In this document: one piece after another, positions 1 to 8,667 of the stretch
Position numbering within the stretch: position 1 is the first letter of the stretch
How the letters are laid out: every line of letters begins with the position of its first letter
DNA from: a virus
Reading direction: 5' to 3' (one strand)
Virus record (IMG/VR): IMGVR_UViG_3300021449_000180
DNA length: 39,612 bases
Notes under the pieces: model-generated
Databases searched by the model: none
Seen by the model: only the letters and a program-made list of their open reading frames with translations
What the model was told of the DNA's origin: nothing
Program-made: the position numbers and the translations under genes

Positions 1-55
1 AGTAGCCCCAGGCCGTTTTCGGGGTTCGCGGGGAGGTCCAGCGACCCTTCGTCGG
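1..55. repeat. 55-nt terminal direct repeat, identical to 39558-39612 (assembly overlap, or a circular/terminally redundant genome)
   Basis: Bases 1-55 (agtagccccaggccg...cccttcgtcgg) are letter-for-letter the last 55 bases of the window. An ORF reads in frame across the join. Confidence 0.95.
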
Positions 56-248
56 TGATGGGGCCAGCTTCGCCTTTGTAGGTGCCGCGGGCGCGGGTTG
101 TGTTCTGGAAATCCGGGTTGTTATCCAGTGAAAACCCGTCGCTGACAGCGTCGACGAAGACTGTTGGGCTGACACCGGTCGCGTAGGTTGCTTCTTTGCC
201 GATGCCGACGTAGCCCCGGAACGACTGGGGCGTTTGTCCGATGCTCAT
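1..248 (-). CDS. Major tail (tube) protein, 5' part of a gene spanning the window junction (continues 39557 -> 38798)
   Basis: ATG at 248-246 and the frame stays open to base 1. Using the 55-nt overlap it joins in frame to the ORF ending at 38798 (1008 nt, 335 aa). N-terminus MSIGQTPQSFRGYVGIGKEATYATG. It lies after the head-tail joining genes and before the chaperones and tape measure. Confidence 0.6.
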   Translation of the reverse strand, partial: MSIGQTPQSFRGYVGIGKEATYATGVSPTVFVDAVSDGFSLDNNPDFQNTTRARGTYKGEAGPITDEGSLDLPANPENGLGL

Positions 249-272
249 TGTGGATTAGTGCTGTCCGATGGT

Positions 273-297
273 GTTAGGTGGGCGTGACGTAGTGGCG
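273..297 (-). promoter_or_regulatory. Degenerate copy of the late-gene element (CGCCACTACGTCACGCCCACCTAAC on the coding strand)
   Basis: Intergenic. The core cgtgacgtagtgg (283-295) resembles the seven clear copies. The CTAAC box starts 29 nt before the ATG at 248. Confidence 0.4.
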
Positions 298-735
298 TCA
301 GGTGTCATCACTGCCGTCGTCTTCGTCGCCGTCGCTGGCGTCGTCGTCGGTGTCACCCCAGGCGTCGTCGTCTGCATCGGCGTCATCGTCCGCTTGTTCG
401 GTGTGGACTGACCGATGCGATGCTTCGGCCTTCGGCGTGTCGAAGACGTCGCCGCAGGTGTCACCGTCGTCGACGGGCTGTTCGCAGGCGACGCCCCACC
501 CGATCAGGGGGTTCGATTCGACCAGTGCGTCCGCGACGGGCCGGGCGACGGCATCGTCCGGCGGGTCGTCGCTATCGGGATCGACGACCGGTAGCGGCTT
601 GTGCGCGACCTGGCCGCCGCGATGTTCGGTTTCGAACCGGACACCATAGCGGTCGACCGTGACGCTGGTCTGCGGGCCGCGGAACTGGATGTAGTCCCGT
701 CCGTCGCTGTTGTCTCGTGGTAGTTCGCGTGGCAT
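298..735 (-). CDS. Hypothetical acidic protein (head-tail/tail module)
   Basis: 145-aa minus-strand ORF with a very acidic C-terminus. Its start is 3 nt after the upstream stop. Confidence 0.6.
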   Translation of the reverse strand: MPRELPRDNSDGRDYIQFRGPQTSVTVDRYGVRFETEHRGGQVAHKPLPVVDPDSDDPPDDAVARPVADALVESNPLIGWGVACEQPVDDGDTCGDVFDTPKAEASHRSVHTEQADDDADADDDAWGDTDDDASDGDEDDGSDDT

Positions 736-738
736 GAT

Positions 739-1236
739 TCAGTATCTCCGTTCGACGTCGACGCTAAAGGTGGCCTGTCCGCTACGGACCTGGGCGCGGT
801 TGGTCCCCGGGCTGACGCCGATGTCCATCTGGACGCTGTCCAGCAGGACTTTGGACGCGTGTGCCGTGCCGGTGTCGTCGACCAGTGCGCTGCCTTCGAC
901 GTTGTTCACGACGCGGCCCAGCAGGGCGCGGGCTTTGTCGAAGGCTGCTTTCGCGTTGGTGTCCTGCGCGAACAGGAACACCTGGATTTCCAGGTCGCCG
1001 TGGTCTTCGCTGACCGTCGCGTAGCTGGGCGTGTGGGACTGCGCCAGCGACCAGGCGAACGGGTAGGCGTTCTGCGCCGCCAGTTCTTCTTCGGTCGTCG
1101 GGCCGACGACGTGGTCCTGGACGGGGGTCAGGTTGCCGTCCTGTAGGTGGTCGTCGATGGCTTCCCTGCGGAACTGATCGACGACGTTCTCCCAGAACCG
1201 GTTGAAGCCCTGCGGGCTGGATAGGTCGACCGGCAT
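739..1236 (-). CDS. Putative tail terminator / head-tail joining protein (by position)
   Basis: 165-aa ORF packed between the gp10-like gene and the tail tube gene. No motif recognised. Confidence 0.45.
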   Translation of the reverse strand: MPVDLSSPQGFNRFWENVVDQFRREAIDDHLQDGNLTPVQDHVVGPTTEEELAAQNAYPFAWSLAQSHTPSYATVSEDHGDLEIQVFLFAQDTNAKAAFDKARALLGRVVNNVEGSALVDDTGTAHASKVLLDSVQMDIGVSPGTNRAQVRSGQATFSVDVERRY

Positions 1237-1241
1237 GACGG

Positions 1242-1793
1242 TTAGACGCCTCCGGCGGTCAGGCGGGCGATGCTGTCGCGGAGTTCGTCGCCCGCGATGT
1301 CTTCGACTTGGGTCTTCCAGTCGTCGAAACTGTCTTCGACCCAGTCGTTCGGCGCTGACTGCATCCCGTCGTCGACCAGGCTATGCGCCAACCGGGCCGC
1401 CGCGGCGACGGTCGGGTCGCCCCATTTCGCCCCCGTCCAGGCCATCAACGGCGACAGCGGGATGGGGTTGTCGCCGCCCGGGCGATTTTCGTCCGTCCAT
1501 TCGGGGTCGTCAGCCAGGATGTCGGCCAGCAGGATGTTCTCCCCGCCGACCCGCTTCCGGGGGCCGATGGTCGCACGGAGGCCGTCCCGGCTGAACTGCG
1601 TCCTGATGGTTTCACGCATATGGATGTCGCGGCCAGCGCCCTCCGGCGCGTTCGACTTCAGTTCGCCTTCCGCCAGGACGGACAACTGCCGGATGGCGCG
1701 CGTCGCCCCGTCGTCGACGGCGTCCGGCAGTTGATCGATCACGTCTTTCGCATCGTCGATGTCGACCACGATTTTCGTCGGGTTCTGCGCCAT
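1242..1793 (-). CDS. HK97 gp10-like head-tail joining (tail completion) protein
   Basis: 183 aa. The segment LAEGELKSNAPEGAGRDIHMRETIRTQFSRDG fits the gp10-family pattern (a..l...aP..tG.lr.si). It lies downstream of the capsid gene. Confidence 0.5.
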   Translation of the reverse strand: MAQNPTKIVVDIDDAKDVIDQLPDAVDDGATRAIRQLSVLAEGELKSNAPEGAGRDIHMRETIRTQFSRDGLRATIGPRKRVGGENILLADILADDPEWTDENRPGGDNPIPLSPLMAWTGAKWGDPTVAAAARLAHSLVDDGMQSAPNDWVEDSFDDWKTQVEDIAGDELRDSIARLTAGGV

Positions 1794-1798
1794 CTGTG

Positions 1799-2263
1799 TT
1801 AGTTCCCCCGATGGATCGGGCTGTTCGCTTTCCCGCCGATGACGCCGCTGAACCCGGACACGGTTTCGCCGGCTTCGCCGGACGTTTCGCTCCCGGACGT
1901 CAGGTCTTCCTTTCGCTTCCAGTCTTCGAAGGCTTCGTCGGCCTGCTGTTCCAGGAAGATATGCCGGTTGTCGTCGTTGTTCGACCCTTGGACGTTCTGC
2001 GCGTAGGCCAGATGCGCCTTCGACGCCGCCAGGTACGCCGTCGCGTCCCGCAGCAGCGGCGGAACCGTATCGGGGAGGTTCGCGTCTGTTGGTTCCGTCC
2101 CGGTGGCTTCCGCCCAGCGGGCCTGCATCGACCGCGTCGCCTGATCGATGCGGCGTTCGTGGTCGGGTTCGGTGTTCCTGACTTCGATGTTGAATTCCGC
2201 CTGAACGTCTGGACTGGTCGCCCAGTAGTCGTCGCCCAGGTCGGCATCGGTGACTTCAGGCAT
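1799..2263 (-). CDS. Putative head-tail connector/adaptor protein (by position)
   Basis: 154-aa acidic ORF in the connector block. Its start is 3 nt after the upstream stop. Confidence 0.4.
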   Translation of the reverse strand: MPEVTDADLGDDYWATSPDVQAEFNIEVRNTEPDHERRIDQATRSMQARWAEATGTEPTDANLPDTVPPLLRDATAYLAASKAHLAYAQNVQGSNNDDNRHIFLEQQADEAFEDWKRKEDLTSGSETSGEAGETVSGFSGVIGGKANSPIHRGN

Positions 2264-2265
2264 GG

Positions 2266-2868
2266 TCAGGCGTTCCCTCCGATCCGCGGGGGGTGTCGGT
2301 CCTGATCCTGGCGGCGGCGCTGGCGAAGCTGGGGCTGATCAACCGGGAGGTCTGGCGGTTGGCCTGACAGGATGCGGGCGACCCGGTCCTTACAGCGACG
2401 GGTCGCGGCATCCGAACCGTCCGGGTCAAGACGGTCGCCGTCATCCCCATCGATCCCCGGGTCGCCGCCTCCCTGGTCGTCATCATCGTCATCCCGCGGG
2501 TCACGCCGGGGGTCTGCCGGCGGCGACGGGTCGCGTCTGGTCGTGTCCCTGGGTGGACGGTTGTGTTCGGCAGCGTAGGCCTGTTCTAACCGGCGTGCGC
2601 GGTTCTTCAGACGTTCGACCGCGTTTTCGGTGGCGTTCAGGCGTTCGGCGTTGTGGTCGATCAGCAGGTTCTGTTCCTGCGTGGTCAGGTCGGCGTCGTC
2701 CAGGCGGCTGTCGCGGTCTTTGACGCTGTTTTCGACTTCGGTGAGCCGCGGCTGGATGACCATCCTGACGTAAATCAGGATGGTTGCGCCGACCAGAACG
2801 GTGGCGACCGGGTCCAGCCATTCGGCCAGTCGAACCAGGTCAGCGATCCCGACCATCCCAGATGTCAC
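2266..2868 (-). CDS. Membrane-anchored coiled-coil protein with an Arg-rich C-terminus
   Basis: 200 aa. It has a hydrophobic helix (VATVLVGATILIYVRMVI), then heptad-like NLLIDHNAERLNATENAVERLKNRARRLEQ, then an R/P/D-rich tail. It fits exactly between neighbouring genes. Confidence 0.55.
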   Translation of the reverse strand: MTSGMVGIADLVRLAEWLDPVATVLVGATILIYVRMVIQPRLTEVENSVKDRDSRLDDADLTTQEQNLLIDHNAERLNATENAVERLKNRARRLEQAYAAEHNRPPRDTTRRDPSPPADPRRDPRDDDDDDQGGGDPGIDGDDGDRLDPDGSDAATRRCKDRVARILSGQPPDLPVDQPQLRQRRRQDQDRHPPRIGGNA

Positions 2869-3308
2869 CCCTGGCTTAGTTCATCGCGGCGGTCGTCGAT
2901 GGCGTCCTGAACGGTCGCGTAGTCGTCGCCGTCTTCGTTCGCGGCTTCGATGGCGTCCAGGCAGTCGTCGACTTCGCCCGCGTCGATAGCGTCGGCCTGG
3001 TCTGACGCGGACTGGGCGACGAACGCCTGGACGAAGACGTCCGGGTCGACCTGCTGGGCGGCGGACGCCGCGTCAGCGTCGTCGCCGCCACCGTTGTCGT
3101 CGTCCTGGCCGGTGAGGCCGGCGTCCTGGGGCGTGCCTTCGACCCAGCCGCGGTCTTTGTACCGTTCGACGCGGTCGGCGTCGTCCAGTTCGACTGTCGC
3201 GTAGCCGTCGATTGACGTTTCAAAGGTCGGGTGTTGGCCCTGGTCGTCGGTGACGTCGCGGTCGACGAACGTTCCGCGCCGCGGCCAGGTGAGGGTGGTT
3301 CCTGACAT
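2865..3308 (-). CDS. Hypothetical acidic protein directly downstream of the major capsid gene
   Basis: 147-aa ORF. ATG at 3308, 4 nt after the capsid stop. It overlaps the next gene by 4 nt. Confidence 0.6.
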   Translation of the reverse strand: MSGTTLTWPRRGTFVDRDVTDDQGQHPTFETSIDGYATVELDDADRVERYKDRGWVEGTPQDAGLTGQDDDNGGGDDADAASAAQQVDPDVFVQAFVAQSASDQADAIDAGEVDDCLDAIEAANEDGDDYATVQDAIDDRRDELSQG

Positions 3309-3311
3309 GGC

Positions 3312-4406
3312 TTAGATGTCTTGAATCACGACGAAGTTGTCGCCGCGCATCACGTGGAACCCGATTTCTTGTTTCGCCGCGAACCAGGTGGTCAGCGGGT
3401 CGTTCTCCGTCCAGGTCTGGGTCATCCAACCGTTCGCGCTGTCGACGCTGACGTCGCCGTGCGGGGCCTGCTGACCCATTTCGTTCAGGCGGTCCAGGAA
3501 CCAGGGCATGAACGCCGACGCCTGGCCGGGGGCGGTGATGACGATGTTGCGGACGTTCGTGGTGCCGTCGTGCGGTTCCAGGACGTTGTCCCGGGCCGCG
3601 TTCGCGGGGTCCGCCACGACGTCGCCGGATGCGTCGACGGGTTCGCCGTCGCTGTTGAACCGCGGGAGTTGCGTGCGGATGGGCCTGATCTGGTCGATCT
3701 GGAAGCTGTCGGCCAACTGCTGTTCGGTCAGCGCGGCGATGCTGTCGTAGTCGCTGGCCAGGTCGTCGTTCAGCTTCATGTCGCGGACGACGTTGGGACT
3801 CATGTAGGCCGTGATGCTGCCGGCCTGTTCCAGCGCCGACCCGTCCTGGCTGATCAGGCTTTCAGCGTCGATGAAGTCGTTCAGCGGTGTGCTGTTCGCG
3901 GAGTCGCTGTACGCGGTCGACGGCGTCAGGACGTGCGAACTGGGGATTTCGGGGTGGGCTGTCGCGCCCTCCGTCCCGATGATCCCGTTGATGTCGCCGT
4001 TGATCGTGCCCTGCCAGGCGACCTGCGCCCGCGTCATCAGGACGTCTTCCATCAGCGCGTCGCTGATGGCGTTGAACAGGTTCAGGATTTCGCGCTGACT
4101 GTTCAGTTCGGTGTCGACCCCTTTCTCCGCCTGAATCTTCTTCTTGAAGGTCGACACCGACAGGTCGCGTTCGCCCAGGTCGCCGATGTCGCCGACGGGG
4201 CTTTCGGACGCCAGGTCCGTCTGCCGCATCGTCGTCCGCAGCCCGTCCATCGTGAAGTGCGTTTCACGACTGTCGGACAGTTCGACCAGCGGGAAGATTT
4301 CCGACGTGACCAGTCGGTTCCCGCCGTCGATCTGCTGGAGTTGCCGGACGATACGGTTCTGGATGGCTTCGGGGCTTCGAAGGTTCGCTTCGCGTAGCGT
4401 GAACAT
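3312..4406 (-). CDS. Major capsid protein (HK97 fold, lambda gpE-like position)
   Basis: 364 aa from the internal ATG at 4406 (MFTLREANL...), 3 nt after the upstream stop. The track ORF extension to 4457 is Arg/His-rich. The gene order protease/scaffold, decoration protein, capsid mirrors lambda C-Nu3-D-E. Confidence 0.75.
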   Translation of the reverse strand: MFTLREANLRSPEAIQNRIVRQLQQIDGGNRLVTSEIFPLVELSDSRETHFTMDGLRTTMRQTDLASESPVGDIGDLGERDLSVSTFKKKIQAEKGVDTELNSQREILNLFNAISDALMEDVLMTRAQVAWQGTINGDINGIIGTEGATAHPEIPSSHVLTPSTAYSDSANSTPLNDFIDAESLISQDGSALEQAGSITAYMSPNVVRDMKLNDDLASDYDSIAALTEQQLADSFQIDQIRPIRTQLPRFNSDGEPVDASGDVVADPANAARDNVLEPHDGTTNVRNIVITAPGQASAFMPWFLDRLNEMGQQAPHGDVSVDSANGWMTQTWTENDPLTTWFAAKQEIGFHVMRGDNFVVIQDI

Positions 4407-4408
4407 GA

Positions 4409-4975
4409 CTATAGTCCCCCGGTGATGATGACCGCCGTCCTGCCGCCGACGCCCCATTCGCGGGCGATGGTGGTGAACACGCTGCCGTCAGGGAAGGCGT
4501 CGTGGCCCAGCGCGATGTTGATGTCGTTCGCGCTGCCGTTTTCCAGCGTGCCGTCGCCGGCGATGCCCAGGTCGTTCGTGACAGCGGCGTCGATCCCTGT
4601 CGTTGTGGGGCCGCCGTAGGCTTCGATGTCGCCACCGTCACCGACTTCGACCAGGTCCCCGGGGGAGGGGTCGTAGCCGTCGTCGGTCGGCATCCAAAGG
4701 ACGTGTACGCCCAGGATGACGGTTGCGCGTCCGACGCTGTCGCCAGCGGCGAAGTCGGCTTCGCTGCTGTTGCGGTCGCGGAGGTCCTCCGGCGTGTTCT
4801 TCAGAAGGCCGACGAACGCGGCGTCCGTGCCTTCGACCAGTTCGACCTGCGGGCCGTCGGGGGCTTCCCCGACGACAGCGACGCCCTGGCCTTCGTCGGC
4901 GACGTCGCCGTTGCTGTCGGCCAGCACTTCGACGTCGACGACGTGTCCGGGCGTGTAGTGGTACTGGGTCGCCAT
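4409..4975 (-). CDS. Putative head decoration protein
   Basis: 188-aa G/D/V-rich ORF immediately upstream of the capsid gene, the position of lambda gpD and DUF2190-like proteins. Confidence 0.45.
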   Translation of the reverse strand: MATQYHYTPGHVVDVEVLADSNGDVADEGQGVAVVGEAPDGPQVELVEGTDAAFVGLLKNTPEDLRDRNSSEADFAAGDSVGRATVILGVHVLWMPTDDGYDPSPGDLVEVGDGGDIEAYGGPTTTGIDAAVTNDLGIAGDGTLENGSANDINIALGHDAFPDGSVFTTIAREWGVGGRTAVIITGGL

Positions 4976-4977
4976 GA

Positions 4978-7302
4978 TCAGTCAGCGCCCCCGGTTGCCG
5001 CGTCGACGACGTCCGCCCGGAGGGCGTCGACGTCGTCGTACTGGCTGGCGTTGATTTCGTACTGGTCCTGTAGGTACTGGGCGGGGGACTTCCCAGACGC
5101 TTCGGCGTGGACCCGGTCAGCGCCGTCCATCGCGGACAGCGCCATGTCGTCAGCGTCGTCGTTCGTGGTGCCGGCGGTCGCGGTCGACCGCCCAGTCGTG
5201 TCGGTCTGGGCCGCCGCCGCGCCGCGGGTCTGTTCTTCCTGCTGGACTTGCATCGCCTGGTAGGCGCGTTCGTTCCGCAGGGCGCGAAGGTCCTGGGCCG
5301 ACTGGCCCTTCAGGGCTTCCGCCCGGTCGTCAACGTCGTCGTTCGACGTGTCGAACCGGGCCAGGTCGGCTTCCAGGTCCGCGATTTCGCGCCGCAGCGT
5401 CGTGGTCTGCGCGTCGATCACGGCCTGGGCCGCCGCGTCGGGGCTGTCCGTGACGTCGATGTCGTCGATGTCGACGTCGACGTCGTCAGTCCCAGCGGCT
5501 TCCAGGACGTCTTCGAACGCGCCTGCCAGCGCGTCGATGCTGTCCTGTCGATCTTCCACGACGTCAGACGCCGCCGTGAGGGCGGCCTGGACGTCGTCGT
5601 AGTCGTCAGGGTCGAAGTGTCTCATGTCTGTGTCTACGTCTCCCAGCGCCGACGCTGACGCCTGTAGCGCCTGCGCCGCCGCGGTGACGGTTTGCTGGTT
5701 CGGCGTCTGGGCCGCCTGCTGGATGGTCTGAAGTTCGGACTTCAGGTCCGGGAGGGCGTCCATCGACCGTTCGATACTGGCCGCGTCAACCGCGCCGTCG
5801 TTCACGGCGTCGATCCGCCGGATGCGTGTGGCGTCCAGGACGACGCGGTCGTTGTCCGTCACGGGGTTGCCGTCGTCGTCCCGCCGGACGCGGACGTCGG
5901 CGACGACCGACCAGTCCAGGTCATCGAAGTCGCCGGCTGCGGCGGCGTCGGTAGCCTGGGCGTTCGTCAGGTCGCTGTCGGTCAGGACGATATGGGTTTC
6001 GTCCGTGGTCAGCGCGACGCCGGTCGCTGTTCCGATGTCGACGATCCCGGTCTGGGCGGCGACGCTGTCCTTTCCGGGGTGGTCGAAGCCCAGCGTGACG
6101 TCACCGGCGTCGACGTCACCCTGTAGGGCTTCGAAGGTAGCCGGGATGGTTTCTGGCGGGACGCGGACCGGTGTTGCCTGGCCGCCCAGCGATAGGTCGT
6201 GGTCGCCTGCACCCCAGATGACGCCCATCAAGCCGTCACCGTCGCCTGTGGCGGCGGCGTTGATGATCGTCGACGGGTCGCGGTCGACGGTGATCGACCC
6301 GGTCGCGCGGGCCATCGCGCCTTCCATGATGCCGTCGTCGGGCGACCAAGACGATAGCGTGTCCTGGCGATGACCGACCATCGTCCCGCTTGCGACCCAG
6401 CCGTCGTCCCGTTCCTGGGCGACTTCGATCAGGTACGCCGGGTTGTCGTCGGTCGCGTCGATGCCGGGGGTGCCGCCGGGCTGGCCGTCGATACGGTTAG
6501 CGAAGTTCCCGGTCCCGTCGTTGCTCCGGTCGCGGATGATGCCGTAGGCCGGGGCGGACCCGTCCTGGGTCGGGTTCGACCAAGTGACGGTGTCGCCGAC
6601 GTCGAAACTGTATTCGGCGGTCGCCCGATGGGCGAACGCGTCTTTCGCGGTCTGGTCGTCCCCGCACGGACCGTACCAGGTGTCGCCGTCCACCGTGACT
6701 TCGTGCGCCCCGGTACAGTCGCCGCTGCTGAATTCCGCAGCCTGTTCAGCCGGCGCGCGGGACTGGAACAGCGGCATCCCGTCCTGTTCGCGCGACGGTT
6801 CGAACCCGTCGGCCTGGGCCGCGACCGTCGCCAGGTCGCCGTAGGCGTCCGCCGCAGCGTCGAACGCCGGGGCGTCATCATCGTCGTCGTAGTGGTCGGC
6901 TTCGATCAGGGCGTCAACGACGAAGTCATAACCGTCCTTCAGCGCGTCGTCGCTGATGCCGTCGACGCCGTTCCTGGCTCCGTTGATGGCCGCCAGACAC
7001 GCCACTAAGCCGCTGACGTGCGCGGGGCCGTCCGGCGACTGCCGGAACGGACATTTCCAGCGGCCCTTCGCGTTCCTGGCGTCGTCACCCTCCGGGACGA
7101 AGACGAAGCCGCCGTCCAGCGTGGACAGGTCGGCGTCTTCGTCAGACGGGTTCGGCATGGACTGCCGGGCCTGGGAACCGTCCCAGTCCCCGTCGGTGAA
7201 TTCCAGGTCGGAAGGGTCCGCTGACGTGACGCGGTACGAAACGTCAGACTGGGCCATCAGCAGGAACGCCCGCATCAACCCCAGTTCAGTGTCGACGTCC
7301 AT
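4978..7302 (-). CDS. Large head-maturation protein: putative prohead protease (Mu gpI-like segment) fused to a coiled-coil scaffold
   Basis: 774 aa from the ATG at 7302. The upstream part of the track ORF is Arg-rich and contains the promoter element. The central segment TLGFDHPGKDSVAAQTGIVDIG...LDWSVVADV resembles the Mu I protease family. The C-terminal third is acidic coiled coil (LRREIADLEADLARFD...), typical of scaffolds. Confidence 0.45.
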   Translation of the reverse strand: MDVDTELGLMRAFLLMAQSDVSYRVTSADPSDLEFTDGDWDGSQARQSMPNPSDEDADLSTLDGGFVFVPEGDDARNAKGRWKCPFRQSPDGPAHVSGLVACLAAINGARNGVDGISDDALKDGYDFVVDALIEADHYDDDDDAPAFDAAADAYGDLATVAAQADGFEPSREQDGMPLFQSRAPAEQAAEFSSGDCTGAHEVTVDGDTWYGPCGDDQTAKDAFAHRATAEYSFDVGDTVTWSNPTQDGSAPAYGIIRDRSNDGTGNFANRIDGQPGGTPGIDATDDNPAYLIEVAQERDDGWVASGTMVGHRQDTLSSWSPDDGIMEGAMARATGSITVDRDPSTIINAAATGDGDGLMGVIWGAGDHDLSLGGQATPVRVPPETIPATFEALQGDVDAGDVTLGFDHPGKDSVAAQTGIVDIGTATGVALTTDETHIVLTDSDLTNAQATDAAAAGDFDDLDWSVVADVRVRRDDDGNPVTDNDRVVLDATRIRRIDAVNDGAVDAASIERSMDALPDLKSELQTIQQAAQTPNQQTVTAAAQALQASASALGDVDTDMRHFDPDDYDDVQAALTAASDVVEDRQDSIDALAGAFEDVLEAAGTDDVDVDIDDIDVTDSPDAAAQAVIDAQTTTLRREIADLEADLARFDTSNDDVDDRAEALKGQSAQDLRALRNERAYQAMQVQQEEQTRGAAAAQTDTTGRSTATAGTTNDDADDMALSAMDGADRVHAEASGKSPAQYLQDQYEINASQYDDVDALRADVVDAATGGAD

Positions 7303-7333
7303 GCCTACACGTGGTAGGCAGACGCTTCCCTCC

Positions 7334-7365
7334 CTTAAGTCGGCGTGACGCCGTGGCCGCGGGAG
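7334..7365 (-). promoter_or_regulatory. Late-gene element copy (CTCCCGCGGCCACGGCGTCACGCCGACTTAAG on the coding strand)
   Basis: Intergenic. Exact core cgtgacgccgtgg at 7344-7356. The TTAAG box starts 36 nt before the ATG at 7302. Confidence 0.6.
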
Positions 7366-7378
7366 CCAGGCCCAGCCG

Positions 7379-8119
7379 CTACGATACGGGGTTGTCGCCC
7401 TGCACCCTGACGTCGACGCCCGCATCCGACAGCGTGTCCCGAACGCGACGGACCCCCTTCGCCTTCTTCTGGGTCGTTGCGCGATAGTGCGCCAGCGCCG
7501 TCACCGGGTTCAAACTATTTGGTTCGTCGTGGGCGTACACCCAGACCGTGTCGGCCAGGTCAGGGTCGGCGTAGAACGTGATGTGGACCTGTCGAAGCGC
7601 CAGGATGTCGCCCAGCCCCTGGATGAACCGGCCCAGCATCCCCGCAGTCAGGCCCGGCCCCGGGATGGTTCGGGCTGCCGCCCATTCGCGGAGGCCGTCG
7701 CCGATCCAGCGCGGCCCGGCGTACCGCTTCGCCCAGGACCCGTTTTCCGTCCAGCCCTGCCGGTTCGTCTTCACGGACGCCATCGGGTTCCGGGTGTAGT
7801 TCAATTCCATCAGCGTGCGTTCGAATTCTTCTTCGCCCTGCTGGACGATGCCGACCAGTTCGTTCGGCGTCGATCTCCCTTCGGCGTAGAACCCGGGGAA
7901 CGTCGCCGCCAGTCGGTCCAGCATCGGGAGGACGGTCCCGCGGATTTGTTCCCAGAAGTCGTCGTCAGCGCCCAGCGCCCGTTTCCCCAGGACGCCGTAG
8001 AGGAACCACGATCCGATGAACGCCGCGACAGCCGCGGATACCTCCGGGTGGTCTGCGATCAGTTCCATCAGGGGGTCGGTGACGCGGGTGATCTGCGCCG
8101 GGAGTGGTGTCGGTGTCAT
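7379..8119 (-). CDS. Hypothetical protein with an N-terminal hydrophobic helix
   Basis: 246 aa with VSAAVAAFIGSWFLYGVLG near the N-terminus. ATGA overlap with the upstream gene. Less acidic than its neighbours. Confidence 0.6.
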   Translation of the reverse strand: MTPTPLPAQITRVTDPLMELIADHPEVSAAVAAFIGSWFLYGVLGKRALGADDDFWEQIRGTVLPMLDRLAATFPGFYAEGRSTPNELVGIVQQGEEEFERTLMELNYTRNPMASVKTNRQGWTENGSWAKRYAGPRWIGDGLREWAAARTIPGPGLTAGMLGRFIQGLGDILALRQVHITFYADPDLADTVWVYAHDEPNSLNPVTALAHYRATTQKKAKGVRRVRDTLSDAGVDVRVQGDNPVS

Positions 8120-8607
8120 GTGTCAGTGTCGTTGATGTCGGTGGTGGTGGGTGCATCGGCGCGGTCGTGTTCGTCCAGGACGTCGGACAGGTTCGGGACG
8201 TCGTCCGCGTCTACGTCCGGGAGTTTGAACGCCGCGCTTTCCAGGATGCGCTGGATGTTTCTGACGCTATTCCGCCGGTGCGACGGGTCGCCGCCGGTGA
8301 GGCCGCCGTCTGTTGACGACTGGATGGCGTAATGGATGTCGGTCATGCTGAACTGTGCGTGCCGGAACCAGTACCAGCACACTGATTCTTCGAAGGACAA
8401 CCCCTGTTCCAGTAGGCCGGCCAGTGTCGTCGCCTTCGTGTCGACGACGTATTTCGACTTCAGGACGTCCGACAGTGATAGGTCGTCGACGTCGTCCACA
8501 TGGTCCGGCGGGTCGCGGGCGATACGTCGGCTGATGTCGTTCAGCAGTTCCCGTGCTTCTTTATCCACGTAGGCCCTGCGCCCCCAAGCCGTCCCCTTTC
8601 GAACCAT
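8116..8607 (-). CDS. Putative helix-turn-helix DNA-binding protein (sigma-70 region 4 / LuxR-like pattern)
   Basis: 163 aa. GLSFEESVCWYWFRHAQFSMTDIHYAI ... SVRNIQRILESAAFKL resembles a region-4 type HTH. It has its own TTTAAG box upstream. Confidence 0.4.
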   Translation of the reverse strand: MVRKGTAWGRRAYVDKEARELLNDISRRIARDPPDHVDDVDDLSLSDVLKSKYVVDTKATTLAGLLEQGLSFEESVCWYWFRHAQFSMTDIHYAIQSSTDGGLTGGDPSHRRNSVRNIQRILESAAFKLPDVDADDVPNLSDVLDEHDRADAPTTTDINDTDT

Positions 8608-8630
8608 GTACCATATACTCCCGTGCAGGA

Positions 8631-8640
8631 CACTTAAACA
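8631..8640 (-). promoter_or_regulatory. TATA-like box (TGTTTAAGTG on the coding strand) 31 nt before the ATG at 8607
   Basis: It lies in the 60-nt gap between the MuF-like gene stop (8668) and the HTH gene start. The spacing fits a leaderless archaeal promoter. Confidence 0.4.
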
Positions 8641-8667
8641 CCCGTCCAGCCCGGACCCCGGTCCCGT

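Noticed and set aside
5440-5500. Short tandem-looking repeats of gtcgac/gtcgat units, seen here and in other acidic tracts
   Set aside because: They lie inside a CDS and simply encode Asp/Val/Ile-rich acidic runs (DDVDVDIDDIDV). There is no spacer-repeat architecture, so this is not a CRISPR array or a regulatory repeat.
7303-7425. N-terminal extensions of track ORFs: 4978-7425, 16986-18323, 3312-4457, 15626-16240, 20374-21048, 21831-22250, 22528-22992, 22772-23236, 24078-24677 and 27868-28257
   Set aside because: The extensions are Arg/His/Pro/Ser-rich, unlike the acidic bodies. They overlap upstream genes or promoter elements. Each contains an internal ATG placed 0-4 nt from the upstream stop, and I used those internal starts.
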